Positions 8,915-19,348 of a stretch of 64,000 nucleotides of DNA are shown in pieces. Under the pieces are notes generated by a model. That model saw nothing but the letters and a program-made list of their open reading frames with translations. It made no database searches and was not told where the DNA came from. Position 1 is the stretch's first letter. Each line of letters opens with the position of its first letter. The DNA comes from a virus. Its lineage: Duplodnaviria; Caudoviricetes. A program made the translations under genes and the position numbers. The DNA lies in the IMG/VR virus record IMGVR_UViG_3300007072_000001, positions 1 through 64,000 of that record; one strand, written 5' to 3'.

Positions 8915-9910
8915 TTATGTTATTGTAATCTCAACTATACCTTTCGCGTATCTAATAAGCATTCCAACATCTTCCCAGATGTTGAACACATCACCAGCTT
9001 TGTTAGCATCAGACAAGAATCTTACTTCAACATCGGTTCTAACTGCCATCTTGCCAAGATATTCCTTCGGTGCAAGAACATAAACTTTATTCGGATCAAC
9101 AACAACCGAGTCTACCATTGGAACACCAAAGATTTCACCGACAAGACCAGTTCTCAAAGTTTCTTCCTGAATAGACGGAGCAAATATACCATAACCGCCA
9201 GTTCCTAAAGAGCTTGTAGAAACATTAAACATCAGGAAGTCAGACAATCTCAACGGATTGATGAAAGTAGCACCTACTGGAAGCAGTTTGCTCCTCAATG
9301 TACCTATGGCCTTTGCCATATCAATCGGAGAGATTTTCCCAGCTTCGTATGAGTTAAATGCAGATGGGTTGTTTGTCGATGCTGTAGTCCCAGCAAGTGA
9401 AAGCACAGGCGACTGATTGGTAAGACTTGCAGCATATTGCAGCAAATTATAGAACTTGAAGTCTTCCTGCAGCTGCACTGAAGCTTGACCTCTTCTTCTC
9501 GCAAGCTCCATTACATCAAATTTCCTGTAATTCTGTTCATTCCATTTGACAATGAACATCGAGGTAATCTGATTTGTCTCTACCCTTGTTCTATCAGACT
9601 TAATATCTGACTGTATTGGAAGACCATTGACTGCAAGCTGGGCTGCTGGTACATCAAGATCGCAATCAAAAACTGCCTCCTCACCCTGAGCAAGGTAATA
9701 GACATCCAACAAGTTTCTTGCTCTACCTTCATAGAGCAGTTCCCTTAGAATCTGCTCCCTCATCTGTGCTGCTAAGATGTTTTTCCCAAAAGGCGATTTC
9801 AAAAGAATATCAACCTTCTGAGATGCTTCGATGACATCTATTTTCATCTTACCAGTTTTTTCATCTTTCTTCGAAGCATAAATATTGATTTTTTTCAATT
9901 CAGTACTCAT
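8915..9910 (-). CDS. Major capsid protein (HK97 fold)
   Basis: 331 aa, follows protease/scaffold/decoration genes; GLVGEIFGVPMVDSVVV and terminal GMLIRYAKGIVEITI motifs. Confidence 0.85.
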   Translation of the reverse strand: MSTELKKINIYASKKDEKTGKMKIDVIEASQKVDILLKSPFGKNILAAQMREQILRELLYEGRARNLLDVYYLAQGEEAVFDCDLDVPAAQLAVNGLPIQSDIKSDRTRVETNQITSMFIVKWNEQNYRKFDVMELARRRGQASVQLQEDFKFYNLLQYAASLTNQSPVLSLAGTTASTNNPSAFNSYEAGKISPIDMAKAIGTLRSKLLPVGATFINPLRLSDFLMFNVSTSSLGTGGYGIFAPSIQEETLRTGLVGEIFGVPMVDSVVVDPNKVYVLAPKEYLGKMAVRTDVEVRFLSDANKAGDVFNIWEDVGMLIRYAKGIVEITIT

Positions 9911-9938
9911 GATGATTTTTCCCTCCTTTTCTCAGATT

Positions 9939-10448
9939 TTAGGCAAAGTCTACGATGTTAACTAGTATTTCAGTCACATCGGTGCCAGTCAGTATCTTGT
10001 CCATAAGCTTACCAACCTTAATGGTAGTAGCGGACGATGTATCAGTATATCTTGCATTACCACCATCCCAATATACTGCTGTACCTACAGTCCATGTATC
10101 ATCTGCCTTTACCAAGCCATTGCCTTTTATCCACACCTGAGCATCATCAATGGTAGCAACAAGTCCACCTCTGTTAAAGTCAGTGTAGTCATACCCATCA
10201 CCAACTGTGTTGCCATTGGGACCCTGAATTGGATTCTGAACATTCTGATCTATCGCCAACCCATCTGGAATAAGACCAGCAGCAACGTCAGCATTAACGA
10301 AAGGTCTAAGCTCAATTGCACCGTCAGTGCTGTTCTTTTCCCTGATAAGTAAAGTGCCTTTGTAAATAACAAAAGCAGGCGAATTAGCTTTTATTCTGGC
10401 ACCAGGTGTTCTGGAACCAAGGTTTTCTTTCTCAATCCTAATTGCCAT
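9939..10448 (-). CDS. Head decoration/cement protein
   Basis: Beta-tulip-like (WTVGTAVYWD, KVGKLM), immediately upstream of MCP. Confidence 0.65.
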   Translation of the reverse strand: MAIRIEKENLGSRTPGARIKANSPAFVIYKGTLLIREKNSTDGAIELRPFVNADVAAGLIPDGLAIDQNVQNPIQGPNGNTVGDGYDYTDFNRGGLVATIDDAQVWIKGNGLVKADDTWTVGTAVYWDGGNARYTDTSSATTIKVGKLMDKILTGTDVTEILVNIVDFA

Positions 10449-10535
10449 AACCTCTTCCTCCTTTTGTTGTTTTTAATGAACCCGATTTTTCCTGACCTTT
10501 GTACTTCATTTTGCTTATCCCTACCAAACCTGACC

Positions 10536-11930
10536 CTACTTAAAAAGTTGTTGAAAAATCGAATCGGCTTCATTATTATCGTTAGCTCTCTGAGCTTCGA
10601 TATACATATCAATCATTTCATTTGAAGCATTATAAAGCTTTGATACAAGTTCTTGTATTTTTGCTTCTTTCGCTCTTTGTTTAGCGAAAATAACTGATTC
10701 ACCTTTTATCTTACAAGCACTTATTTCCTCTGGAGTTACTGAAATCTTATCATTATCAATCATATATTGAATTGCTGATTTTACTTTATTCTTCTTCTCC
10801 TCAATTTCATATTGAAGATTAAGCATCTCTTCACTGCTTCTATCTAATGAATCTTCCCCTTCGGATTCTTTTGTTGTTTCATCTATCTTTGAGCTCTGCT
10901 CTTTTTGAACTTTAAGTAGCTCATCAAGTTCCCGACTTAATTCATCAGATAACTGCTCTGAAGTTGGTTCAGCGTCCAACTGAGGTGGATTTTTTTCGAC
11001 TGAAAGCTGCTCTTCTGGTGGAACTTTTTCATCAATCTGTTCCACTTCTTCGTCTTCTTTGATTTTATCTTCATCAACTAGAGCAGATGTTGGAACAGTA
11101 GCACTTTCGACTTTCTCTTCGTTCTCTTCTTTCTCTTCTTTCTCTTCTTTGTTCGACTCATCTTTTGTTTTAGTTAATCCCAAAAGATCCCTGTAGAATT
11201 CAATTACAAGTCCCATATCATTTACAAAAGCATTAACTGTTCTCACAAGCTCATTGCCGTTCTTATCAATAACATATATCTCCCCAGTTTTTTCATCTTT
11301 GTGAGCCATCATTCCATCTCCCAATGGAAGTCCTTCAGCTACATCAAATACATCCATTACAACTGGAGCTTTGTCTACTTTCTTCTCTTTATTTTCTTCT
11401 TCCCTCTCTTCTCCTTCTTTCGCATCATCAGCAGTCAACAACATATTATCAGCAGCTTCATTAATCTCAGCCTGTAATTCGTTTATAAGCTCGTCTATCT
11501 TTGCATGACCCTGTGGCATAGCATCAGACAATAATTCATACAATTCATCAAGTTTTTTGTTTATCTTTATCTTTTGCGAACCCTGCAATTTGCTTTCAAT
11601 ATCCTGTGCTGAAGGATAATTCTCTATTATATCATCAACTTTATTTACAGGAGTCTCGTCCTTCTCGTTAAGCTTTTTGTTCATATCTCTTCTCAGCATT
11701 TCCTTATGTTCGTCAAACATCTTTTTATATTGCCGTTTTCTTGGGTCATTGTCATCAAGCATATCAATTATCCTTTTAGTGCGAATCTCAAAAACTTTTT
11801 CATTATTCACTTCTTTAACTGGATAAATTTTTGTATCTTGTTTAAAACGTTCTTCTTTTTCGTCATAGTCTCCGCTAAAACTATTCTTCGCTGCTTTGAT
11901 TGGTGCTATTTTATACTTATCCAGTTCCAT
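10536..11930 (-). CDS. Capsid scaffolding protein
   Basis: Acidic coiled-coil between protease and capsid genes. Confidence 0.6.
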   Translation of the reverse strand: MELDKYKIAPIKAAKNSFSGDYDEKEERFKQDTKIYPVKEVNNEKVFEIRTKRIIDMLDDNDPRKRQYKKMFDEHKEMLRRDMNKKLNEKDETPVNKVDDIIENYPSAQDIESKLQGSQKIKINKKLDELYELLSDAMPQGHAKIDELINELQAEINEAADNMLLTADDAKEGEEREEENKEKKVDKAPVVMDVFDVAEGLPLGDGMMAHKDEKTGEIYVIDKNGNELVRTVNAFVNDMGLVIEFYRDLLGLTKTKDESNKEEKEEKEENEEKVESATVPTSALVDEDKIKEDEEVEQIDEKVPPEEQLSVEKNPPQLDAEPTSEQLSDELSRELDELLKVQKEQSSKIDETTKESEGEDSLDRSSEEMLNLQYEIEEKKNKVKSAIQYMIDNDKISVTPEEISACKIKGESVIFAKQRAKEAKIQELVSKLYNASNEMIDMYIEAQRANDNNEADSIFQQLFK

Positions 11931-11939
11931 ATTCCCTCC

Positions 11940-14111
11940 TTAGAATCCGAAACGTTGAGCAAACAGCTCTCTCATGGATTCAATTGTCATATCATATTTT
12001 TGTAATTTCTTAATGTCGATTTCCGAAGCCAGTATATGGTATTTCTTTACATCGTCAATTGTAAATCCATACTTCATAAGATTTGAAGATTTCACAAGTA
12101 CATCTTTCTTCTCCTCAGGAAGTTCATTTAAAGCTTTTGCAAAAAGTTTTATTTGAATTTTTTCTGCTGTTATTGTTGGGAACTTTCCAGTATTCTTATA
12201 TTTCAACCAAGCCTTAAAGTTTGATTCTCCACCGACAACTGAATCAAGTTTCAAATCTGCTTCAAAAATATCTTGTAGTCTCGGTCTGCAAGAAGCTTGT
12301 ATCCCCATCACCTTTTTAAAACAAAAAGCCTCAACTGCTTCAATTCTATCAAGTCCTTCTGCAACGACTATATCTTTATTCTCCATATTTTTTGCTATAC
12401 AAGCTTTAAACTCATCTCTTGAAGCTTCTATTTTAGAAGCCTCAGCTGGCCATTTACCAGTTGCTTTCTTCTCGAGATATGCACAATAACCTTCTGGATT
12501 TTCAGCCCAACTCTTTGCTTTGGCAACACACTTTTTAAAATCTCCACCATATGACTTCCAGGTACCTTCATAATCCTTTGAAACTATTTCAAGCACATCT
12601 TCAATTGTAATAACATTTGTGTCTTCTTGCTTTGACCAAATCCTTTCAAGATATTCTTGACCTTCCTTTTGATAAGTCAAAAGCATACGTCTTTTAAATA
12701 AGTCAGATTTTGCATACTCTTCAACTGTCATACCATCAATTCTACCTTCTGCCTTAAGCTCTTCTCCCCATATCTCATCAAGAGTTCTTTTCATAACCGG
12801 AACCATATTCTTCATAATAAGCCATGTATCTTTGCCGTTCAACTTAATAAGTTGAGCATTAAGCGATTTATCTATCATCTTGTCTTTCTCGATAAGCTTT
12901 GATTTTATCTTGTTCATTTCCATTGATGTAAGCCTTTTTTCAATTTTTAATTCAGCTTCGTATATAGGGTCAACTATAGTCTTCTCAAGTTCAGCGACTA
13001 TCTCGTTTACTCTACTATCCCCATTGTCAAGAGCATCAATTATCTTCATAAGCTCAAGACCACTAATATTTGATAAAGCTTCTTTTGCTGTCATTGTAGC
13101 TTTAGTAGTTTCTTTAAACATTGAGTCAACCATCTTTTTTACCGTTTCATCTGTATTATAATCAACTCCAATGCCTTTTAACATTTCCACAACCTTGACT
13201 CTATCGTATTTTTTGTCTTTCAATGCTTCAAGCCACTGCTCCATATATTCATAATCTATTTTGCCTTCAACTTTCATTTTGGATTTTACTTCAACTCCAC
13301 TTCCATCATAAATATATTTATCGCCTTCTTTTTGAAAATGATAATCAACTTCATCTTTTGTTTCAACAAAATGGTCTTCTTCACTTGTCAATTCAAAACC
13401 CATTGATTTAAGTTGCTCAGTAGTGTATTTCTTTCCAACATCAAGGTCCATCTCTTTTGCCATAATATTTTTAAACTCTGCTCTTTTATCTGCTGGATTC
13501 TCCACTATTCCAGAACCAACAAATGTAATATCTAAATCCTCTCTCCAAACATGAAAATCAGAACCATCCGCAGCCTTAATTTTAGTATTCATATAATTTG
13601 AAACATGTTCGCACGGCATTGCAAAAGGGAAAGTAGCTTTACAATAATTGCATCTTGCGTTTTCAGCATAGGCTTCCATTGACATTTTATCAAGGTCACC
13701 GCTTTCAATTCTGGAGATTAGCTTAGCATAAAATTGTTGCTGGTCTCTTGTAAATCTTGCAGGTGGCTTTCTATCAATTTTACCTATAATTTCTACATAA
13801 GCCTTCTCCCCATCTTTTTCATCAATAAAATTTGCATCAATCGTTTTACCAAGTTCTATTGAAGTGTCGTGATTATAATCAATCATAGTACCAATGAAAG
13901 TTTCCCAAGCCCTTCTTCCATCCTCTCTTACTTTAATAACTTCAGATTTCGGAAGGAAATCACCATTGCCATTTGGCTCATCACAAGTGATTATTCTTGA
14001 CCTGATATAAATATATCTATCAGTATCTGGGTCTATCAAACTTGCTTTGATATTCGAAATTGGCATCTTCTCCCATTTCGAAGCTGAACCAAATATTAAC
14101 TTCCCGGCCAT
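11940..14111 (-). CDS. Prohead maturation protease (herpes/HK97-like, Zn-finger insert) with long C-terminal extension
   Basis: PNGNGDF, DYNHD (His), KMSME (Ser), CNYC..CEH, SGIVENPAD motifs. Confidence 0.85.
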   Translation of the reverse strand: MAGKLIFGSASKWEKMPISNIKASLIDPDTDRYIYIRSRIITCDEPNGNGDFLPKSEVIKVREDGRRAWETFIGTMIDYNHDTSIELGKTIDANFIDEKDGEKAYVEIIGKIDRKPPARFTRDQQQFYAKLISRIESGDLDKMSMEAYAENARCNYCKATFPFAMPCEHVSNYMNTKIKAADGSDFHVWREDLDITFVGSGIVENPADKRAEFKNIMAKEMDLDVGKKYTTEQLKSMGFELTSEEDHFVETKDEVDYHFQKEGDKYIYDGSGVEVKSKMKVEGKIDYEYMEQWLEALKDKKYDRVKVVEMLKGIGVDYNTDETVKKMVDSMFKETTKATMTAKEALSNISGLELMKIIDALDNGDSRVNEIVAELEKTIVDPIYEAELKIEKRLTSMEMNKIKSKLIEKDKMIDKSLNAQLIKLNGKDTWLIMKNMVPVMKRTLDEIWGEELKAEGRIDGMTVEEYAKSDLFKRRMLLTYQKEGQEYLERIWSKQEDTNVITIEDVLEIVSKDYEGTWKSYGGDFKKCVAKAKSWAENPEGYCAYLEKKATGKWPAEASKIEASRDEFKACIAKNMENKDIVVAEGLDRIEAVEAFCFKKVMGIQASCRPRLQDIFEADLKLDSVVGGESNFKAWLKYKNTGKFPTITAEKIQIKLFAKALNELPEEKKDVLVKSSNLMKYGFTIDDVKKYHILASEIDIKKLQKYDMTIESMRELFAQRFGF

Positions 14112-14121
14112 GCTTCCCTCC

Positions 14122-14592
14122 TTATAATTCTCTTTTCATACGGTTTTGATATTCTTCAGCCCAATGTTCGATGTCAGATTGTTTTATTTCTGTTATAGCT
14201 ACACTTTGAATCAAATTCGCAAGTTCATATGGCATATCCAATACATAAGCTAAATAGCTCGGTGACATTTCTTTAAATTTCTTCCATTTTTTTATAAGTT
14301 CATCTTTGGAAGATAAACCACTTTTTAGTAATTTTTCTTCAGAAAGTATCTTTACTATTTCTTCATCTGTTTTTCCTGCATTTATAAGTTCTTTTATTTT
14401 ACCTTCCAAACTTTCCATATCTATAAGGTCCTCCAGTTTTATTTTAATAACATCATAAGAACCCTTTGCTATTTCCTTACCATCTTTATAAAGACGATAA
14501 ACTTCTCTGTCATCTGTTTTCTCTAAATCGACAGTAAGACCAACGCTATCAGCCATTGCTTTAAGTTCTACAAGTTTGCTCATTATTTCCAC
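14122..14592 (-). CDS. Putative head cargo protein with GKT tag
   Basis: KIKELINAGKTDEEIVKIL. Confidence 0.65.
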   Translation of the reverse strand: MEIMSKLVELKAMADSVGLTVDLEKTDDREVYRLYKDGKEIAKGSYDVIKIKLEDLIDMESLEGKIKELINAGKTDEEIVKILSEEKLLKSGLSSKDELIKKWKKFKEMSPSYLAYVLDMPYELANLIQSVAITEIKQSDIEHWAEEYQNRMKREL

Positions 14593-14876
14593 CCCGGTAT
14601 AGTTGTAACTCCTGGAGTTTCAACTCCAGTTTTTTGTTGTTCAAGAAGCTTTCTCAGTTGTGATATATTTTTACTAACTGCTGCGAGATTATCTATGGCA
14701 ACATTCAAAGAAGCTTTGTCATCTCCTTGATATTGTTCCCATGCTGTCTTCAAACCTTGTGTTGTTGTCTGAAAAAGAGTATCAACTTCAGTTTCAAAAG
14801 CAAGAATCTCCACAATCTCAACTTCAGTCTTTCCGGCTTTAAGAAGTTGTTTTGCTCTTTCTTTTGTATTAATCAT
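14583..14876 (-). CDS. Putative head cargo protein with N-terminal GKT tag
   Basis: RAKQLLKAGKTEVEIVEIL. Confidence 0.65.
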   Translation of the reverse strand: MINTKERAKQLLKAGKTEVEIVEILAFETEVDTLFQTTTQGLKTAWEQYQGDDKASLNVAIDNLAAVSKNISQLRKLLEQQKTGVETPGVTTIPGWK

Positions 14877-15097
14877 TGCTTTTCCTCCTTTAGTACGAGT
14901 TTGTCTTTAAACAATCTTGCAACATCATTAAACTTGTTCTTTAATGTCTTTTGAAATTGTGCAAGTTGCCTTTCACCCATATCAGACAGCTTACCTGCAT
15001 CCAATGCTTCTCCCATCAAATGTTCCATCATTTTCTGAATAAATTCTTCGCTTTTCGTTTCCTTTACTTGCCCAGCCTGTCCTTTATCCCCAACCAT
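14873..15097 (-). CDS. Hypothetical protein
   Basis: RBS AAGGAGG; first gene after a late-promoter motif. Confidence 0.65.
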   Translation of the reverse strand: MVGDKGQAGQVKETKSEEFIQKMMEHLMGEALDAGKLSDMGERQLAQFQKTLKNKFNDVARLFKDKLVLKEEKQ

Positions 15098-15125
15098 ATC
15101 TTCCTCCTTTACTTATTATTTATAT

Positions 15126-15145
15126 TAAATACAAAAAAATAACTA
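15126..15145 (-). promoter_or_regulatory. Putative phage late promoter TAGTTA-N8-TATTTA
   Basis: Exact motif in the intergenic gap upstream of the protease-capsid operon. Confidence 0.75.
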
Positions 15146-15149
15146 TGCT

Positions 15150-16766
15150 CTATTCTATTGAAGGCGGCGTTTCCTCATCGCCTCCCTCTTCACTTGGTGG
15201 AGTCTCCTCTGGAGGTAAAGTTTCCTCAATTGGTGGTGTCCCGAACCCCACGCTATCATTTTCTCCACCACCAGCTGCCTCTTTTGGCTTTATTTTTCGG
15301 TTACGAATACGCTTACCATCATCAAATACAGTACCTATTTCTTCTTTAAGACCTTTTTCTTCGTTTTCATAATTAACACCTTTGTATTTAGAGAAGAGAG
15401 TTTTTGTAGTGATTACACCTTTTTCCCAAAGGTCCATATAATCTTCTGTTTCATCTCTATCAAGATTAATTGGTTTATTCCATTTAATCTCTGGTATATC
15501 AAGGTCACCTTCCTCAGTAACCCAATCATTCTTCTCAGCTATTGGATAGAAAAAGTGATTCTGTATCCATGATGTAAATCTGTCTTGAACAACTTTGTAA
15601 ATCATAAACAACTTCATCAATGAAAGGTCTTTCACATTTGACATTGAAGGACCTTCTCCCAGAATAATATTTTTGTTAACACCAAGTCCAACCATTATCG
15701 CATCTCTTGTCCATTCGTAATCTTCTTGATAATCAAATATAGTCTTTTCGTTTCCATACCCAACTACTTGATAATCAATAAATGGTGGTACAAAAAGACT
15801 AAATGGTGGATTGTTCTTAGCTGTCTTTACATATTCCTCGAATTCCCTCATCTGATCTTTGTTATACTTTATATTGTGCTCAATATTTCCTATTTTCCAC
15901 ATTTCAATTGGATACCTAAATCTATCAATTGCAGTAAGCTTCAACATATTAACTTTATCTTGATAGAGTAAAACTCTAAGCAGTGCTTGGACCGGTGATG
16001 TACCACGATTTGCTGAAGCGTCTGTTATATTCATAATATTCGACATGTTGTCATTTTCCAAAAGTATTTCATTTGTATGAAGTATCAATTCAACATTGTC
16101 TATATTACGTCCAGCGTTCTTGGCATCACGAATTTCTTTCTTCATTTCGTCCGTAATTTGTAAATAGTATCTTGGCTCATCTTCAAAAAATGATTGTCTT
16201 ACCTCTACAAACTCTGGTTCAAACAATACCATCTTTTTCCAATGAGTCAACTCTATGTTCTTGTCTTTTATCTTTTGATTGATTGTTTCACTCACTCCCA
16301 TTACGATCGCTTCACCGAATTTATTATAGGATAAACTCATTTGAAGTATAAAATCATACAAATTGAATTTACGATTAAACGCCATTTTTCTATATTGTTT
16401 TGTCACCATGTCATCCTGAGCTTGAATATTAAACATTGAAAATGGATATAATGCATGCATGTTTATGATTGAATAAATGTAAGGGTCCATGTTGTAGAAC
16501 AAACGAGTCCATCTTAATGTTTCGAGCCTGGACTTTGGCATGAGCCACATGTCCGGTGTAAGTTCTGGAGAGTACCAGGTCGATGAGGTGAAGTCTATCA
16601 TTTGCCCATTCATAAATTGAGCTATAATTTTATCTTCCGCCTTGCGAAATTCAGTTTGTCTACTATTAAAACCTGAATAATGGTAATCCCCAAGTTGTCC
16701 CCTTATTGTGCCACCTTTCTTTATCTCTGTCGGGTCAAAAAATGCTTTTCTCTTTTTTTGTGCCAT
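15150..16766 (-). CDS. Portal protein
   Basis: 538 aa between TerL and protease; FYNMDPYI, KFGEA, RGTSPV, IMVGLGV..ILGEG motifs; acidic Pro-rich tail. Confidence 0.85.
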   Translation of the reverse strand: MAQKKRKAFFDPTEIKKGGTIRGQLGDYHYSGFNSRQTEFRKAEDKIIAQFMNGQMIDFTSSTWYSPELTPDMWLMPKSRLETLRWTRLFYNMDPYIYSIINMHALYPFSMFNIQAQDDMVTKQYRKMAFNRKFNLYDFILQMSLSYNKFGEAIVMGVSETINQKIKDKNIELTHWKKMVLFEPEFVEVRQSFFEDEPRYYLQITDEMKKEIRDAKNAGRNIDNVELILHTNEILLENDNMSNIMNITDASANRGTSPVQALLRVLLYQDKVNMLKLTAIDRFRYPIEMWKIGNIEHNIKYNKDQMREFEEYVKTAKNNPPFSLFVPPFIDYQVVGYGNEKTIFDYQEDYEWTRDAIMVGLGVNKNIILGEGPSMSNVKDLSLMKLFMIYKVVQDRFTSWIQNHFFYPIAEKNDWVTEEGDLDIPEIKWNKPINLDRDETEDYMDLWEKGVITTKTLFSKYKGVNYENEEKGLKEEIGTVFDDGKRIRNRKIKPKEAAGGGENDSVGFGTPPIEETLPPEETPPSEEGGDEETPPSIE

Positions 16767-16782
16767 GTGTTATCTCCTTTAG

Positions 16783-16802
16783 TAAATATAAAAAAACAAC
16801 TA
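16783..16802 (-). promoter_or_regulatory. Putative phage late promoter TAGTTG-N8-TATTTA
   Basis: One-mismatch motif upstream of portal, overlapping the TerL stop. Confidence 0.65.
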
Positions 16803-19304
16803 TCTAATTATCATAGATGTTCTGGAACCATAAAAGTCCCAACCTTCTCCACCCTCACCTTTGTAAGCATTATGCACATTCTTTCCAGCCCATAACGCTA
16901 ACACATCAGCATTGCAGTTGTGGACAAAAACCCCAGATTTAATTGCAAAATTGTGAAAATTTTCAATCTCCATATCATAAACATCAACCTCTTTGTTTTC
17001 ATCAACAATAGCTTTTACTTTGTGATTTAAAATTAAATTTTTAAATCTTTTTGGAGAATGAGCACCAGCCAAAAACCATTTTTTATTTCTTTCGTATCTT
17101 TCTTCTTTTGTCATATTAGCAAAAATTTCTTTTATTCTTCTGCTGTGTTGTCTTCTTCTTTTGTTAGTCCAACTTCTTTTAGAAATTTCGCTTCTATTTT
17201 GTAGCTGTTCTTTTGTCATATTTTCTTTTAAATTAGCTTTATGCATAGCATCTATACTTGGTTTTAATCTTTTTTCTTTTTGTTCTTTTGTTAAATTTTT
17301 CCAACCTTTTTTAGCTCGTAAACTTCTTTCTTCTTTCGACATACTGTTCCAAAAATCATTATTATGTATCTTTATATGTTCAGTTTGACTCATTATTTTT
17401 AAATTTTTTGGGTAATTATTTTTTTTATTATAATCTATGTGATGAACGACTAAATTATTTTGTTTATTTCTTCCAAAACTAAATAATTTATGAGCAGCTT
17501 TCCATTTTTTTTCATTTACAAACCCAATATCATAAATCATTTCATAACCTTTATATTTTCCTTTTGTATCTTTCCGGTACAATGGCATTAAACTATCTCC
17601 GACAGTCAAATCTTTTGCTTGACAATAAAATCCATTTCTCATCATTATCAAATGGTCAGCAGTACACTCTAAATATTCATCATTGTCAAAAATTATCTTA
17701 ATAACTTTTTGTTTTCCTTTTTTCCAACATCTTTTTATTCTTCCTTGTTGAATTAACAACTCATCTTGCTTTATACTATAAACATAATGATTTTCTTTTT
17801 CAAAATCAATTTTACTTAATTCTTCAATTGTTTTATTTTGTCCATTACACAATGGAATTATTGTATCTTTTGATAGACAATGGTCATCATGCTGTCCGGC
17901 CGGAGCTGTAAGCTCTACAATTCTCCCATCTTTAATACGCCTCTCAAACATTGTCCACTCAATATACGATGCATACATCGTTTCTCCACAAACAACCTTT
18001 CCTTCTTCGTCTTTCTCTTTACTAAATATTTGTGGATAATACGCCCTTTTTAAATCTATAGTTGTAGCAAAATGGTCAAACATCGCCATCTTAAGACCTT
18101 TATGCGATTCCTTATCCTTCATAGCATACATTACCCCTTCAACATTAATCCCTTCCTTTTGCATCATTGGAACTAACGCTTGAGCAACATTTGAATAGTC
18201 AGCACAACCCTTTACACAGTTATACCGTTTTATTATTTGAAAGACCTCTTTGTATTCCCCTGTATCAAAAAGATTACCCTCCCATTTAAAAGCAGCAACC
18301 TTATGCCATTCATCTTTACGTAATGCCCATATTGCCAAGCAATTCTTATCAGTCTCTAAAGTTTCTGGGTCAACTGTACCGCCAGCAGTATCTAATCCAA
18401 ATACAAAAATTCCTGAGTTGTCATATGCATCCACTTCTTTGTGAAGCCCACTGCCAAGAGTTCTCATCTGGTTTTCTGATAAATATCTCTCAATATTCTC
18501 CAACCATGTGAGCTCATACTGAGTTATCCAGTCCATTAAAGAAATCTGACCACGCCTGCTAAGTCCCAATTTTTCTATTTGGTCTCCAAAATATTCCAAC
18601 TTCTTTTCAAATGGCATAAGTTGAGATGCAAATTTAGGATATTCAACTCCATTATATACAAATGAACCATTAATCTTAAGACGATCGCAGTGAATCCAAT
18701 CTCTTATAATCTTTTTAAACGTAGGATCTTGTGAATCTTTATAGAACTCACCTTTTCCTAATGCAACTCCCATTTCAATATAAATATTAATTCCACCAGC
18801 AGAACCCAACATAGGAATTATTTTGTTTGATATAGCATAATCAGAGCATTTATGACGTTCATCGATTATTATTATATGTGGATGTTCGCCTTCAATGTTT
18901 GCCTTCTCATTAGCAGAATCAGCTGTCACTTTGCTTCCATTCTTAAACACTAATGTTGTAGTAGATGATGCTCCTTTGTCAATAGCACCATTATCTATCT
19001 CTGACATTTGAGATAATATACGTTTGCCTTGACTAAACTTAGGACCAAATGCTGTGACTCGTAACTTTGGAATTTTGGAGCATAGATAATGTACAGATAA
19101 AGCAACTGAATATGTTTTGCCACCACCACGAGCCTCTATCAAAAGTATTTTTTGATATGTCGTGCTTGCAATTGCATCAAATGTCTCTATCTGGTTTGGA
19201 TATAAATGAACTCCATAATTATGTTGAACATAATCATGTGTATCTAAACCCAAAATTTGCGACCCAATTTGAGAAATTGCTCGGTCAATCATTTGAATAG
19301 GCAC
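16800..19304 (-). CDS. terL: Terminase large subunit containing an intein
   Basis: Walker A ARGGGKT, Walker B IIIIDE, nuclease FGLD and HDD; intein inserted after HDDH. Confidence 0.92.
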   Translation of the reverse strand: MPIQMIDRAISQIGSQILGLDTHDYVQHNYGVHLYPNQIETFDAIASTTYQKILLIEARGGGKTYSVALSVHYLCSKIPKLRVTAFGPKFSQGKRILSQMSEIDNGAIDKGASSTTTLVFKNGSKVTADSANEKANIEGEHPHIIIIDERHKCSDYAISNKIIPMLGSAGGINIYIEMGVALGKGEFYKDSQDPTFKKIIRDWIHCDRLKINGSFVYNGVEYPKFASQLMPFEKKLEYFGDQIEKLGLSRRGQISLMDWITQYELTWLENIERYLSENQMRTLGSGLHKEVDAYDNSGIFVFGLDTAGGTVDPETLETDKNCLAIWALRKDEWHKVAAFKWEGNLFDTGEYKEVFQIIKRYNCVKGCADYSNVAQALVPMMQKEGINVEGVMYAMKDKESHKGLKMAMFDHFATTIDLKRAYYPQIFSKEKDEEGKVVCGETMYASYIEWTMFERRIKDGRIVELTAPAGQHDDHCLSKDTIIPLCNGQNKTIEELSKIDFEKENHYVYSIKQDELLIQQGRIKRCWKKGKQKVIKIIFDNDEYLECTADHLIMMRNGFYCQAKDLTVGDSLMPLYRKDTKGKYKGYEMIYDIGFVNEKKWKAAHKLFSFGRNKQNNLVVHHIDYNKKNNYPKNLKIMSQTEHIKIHNNDFWNSMSKEERSLRAKKGWKNLTKEQKEKRLKPSIDAMHKANLKENMTKEQLQNRSEISKRSWTNKRRRQHSRRIKEIFANMTKEERYERNKKWFLAGAHSPKRFKNLILNHKVKAIVDENKEVDVYDMEIENFHNFAIKSGVFVHNCNADVLALWAGKNVHNAYKGEGGEGWDFYGSRTSMIIR
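16917..17879 (-). mobile_element. Intein (321 aa) with HNH homing endonuclease in TerL
   Basis: Starts CLSKDT, block B CTADH, VVHHIDYNKKNN HNH, ends VYDMEI..NF..GVFVHN followed by Cys+1. Confidence 0.92.
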
Positions 19305-19348
19305 AAAATACCTCCTTTCCTTGCCTTACCTAGCCCTTTATTTATCAA

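Noticed and set aside
10391-10612. Alternative-frame ORF bridging scaffold and decoration genes
   Set aside because: Overlaps two good genes that have their own stop and RBS; no protein-like features
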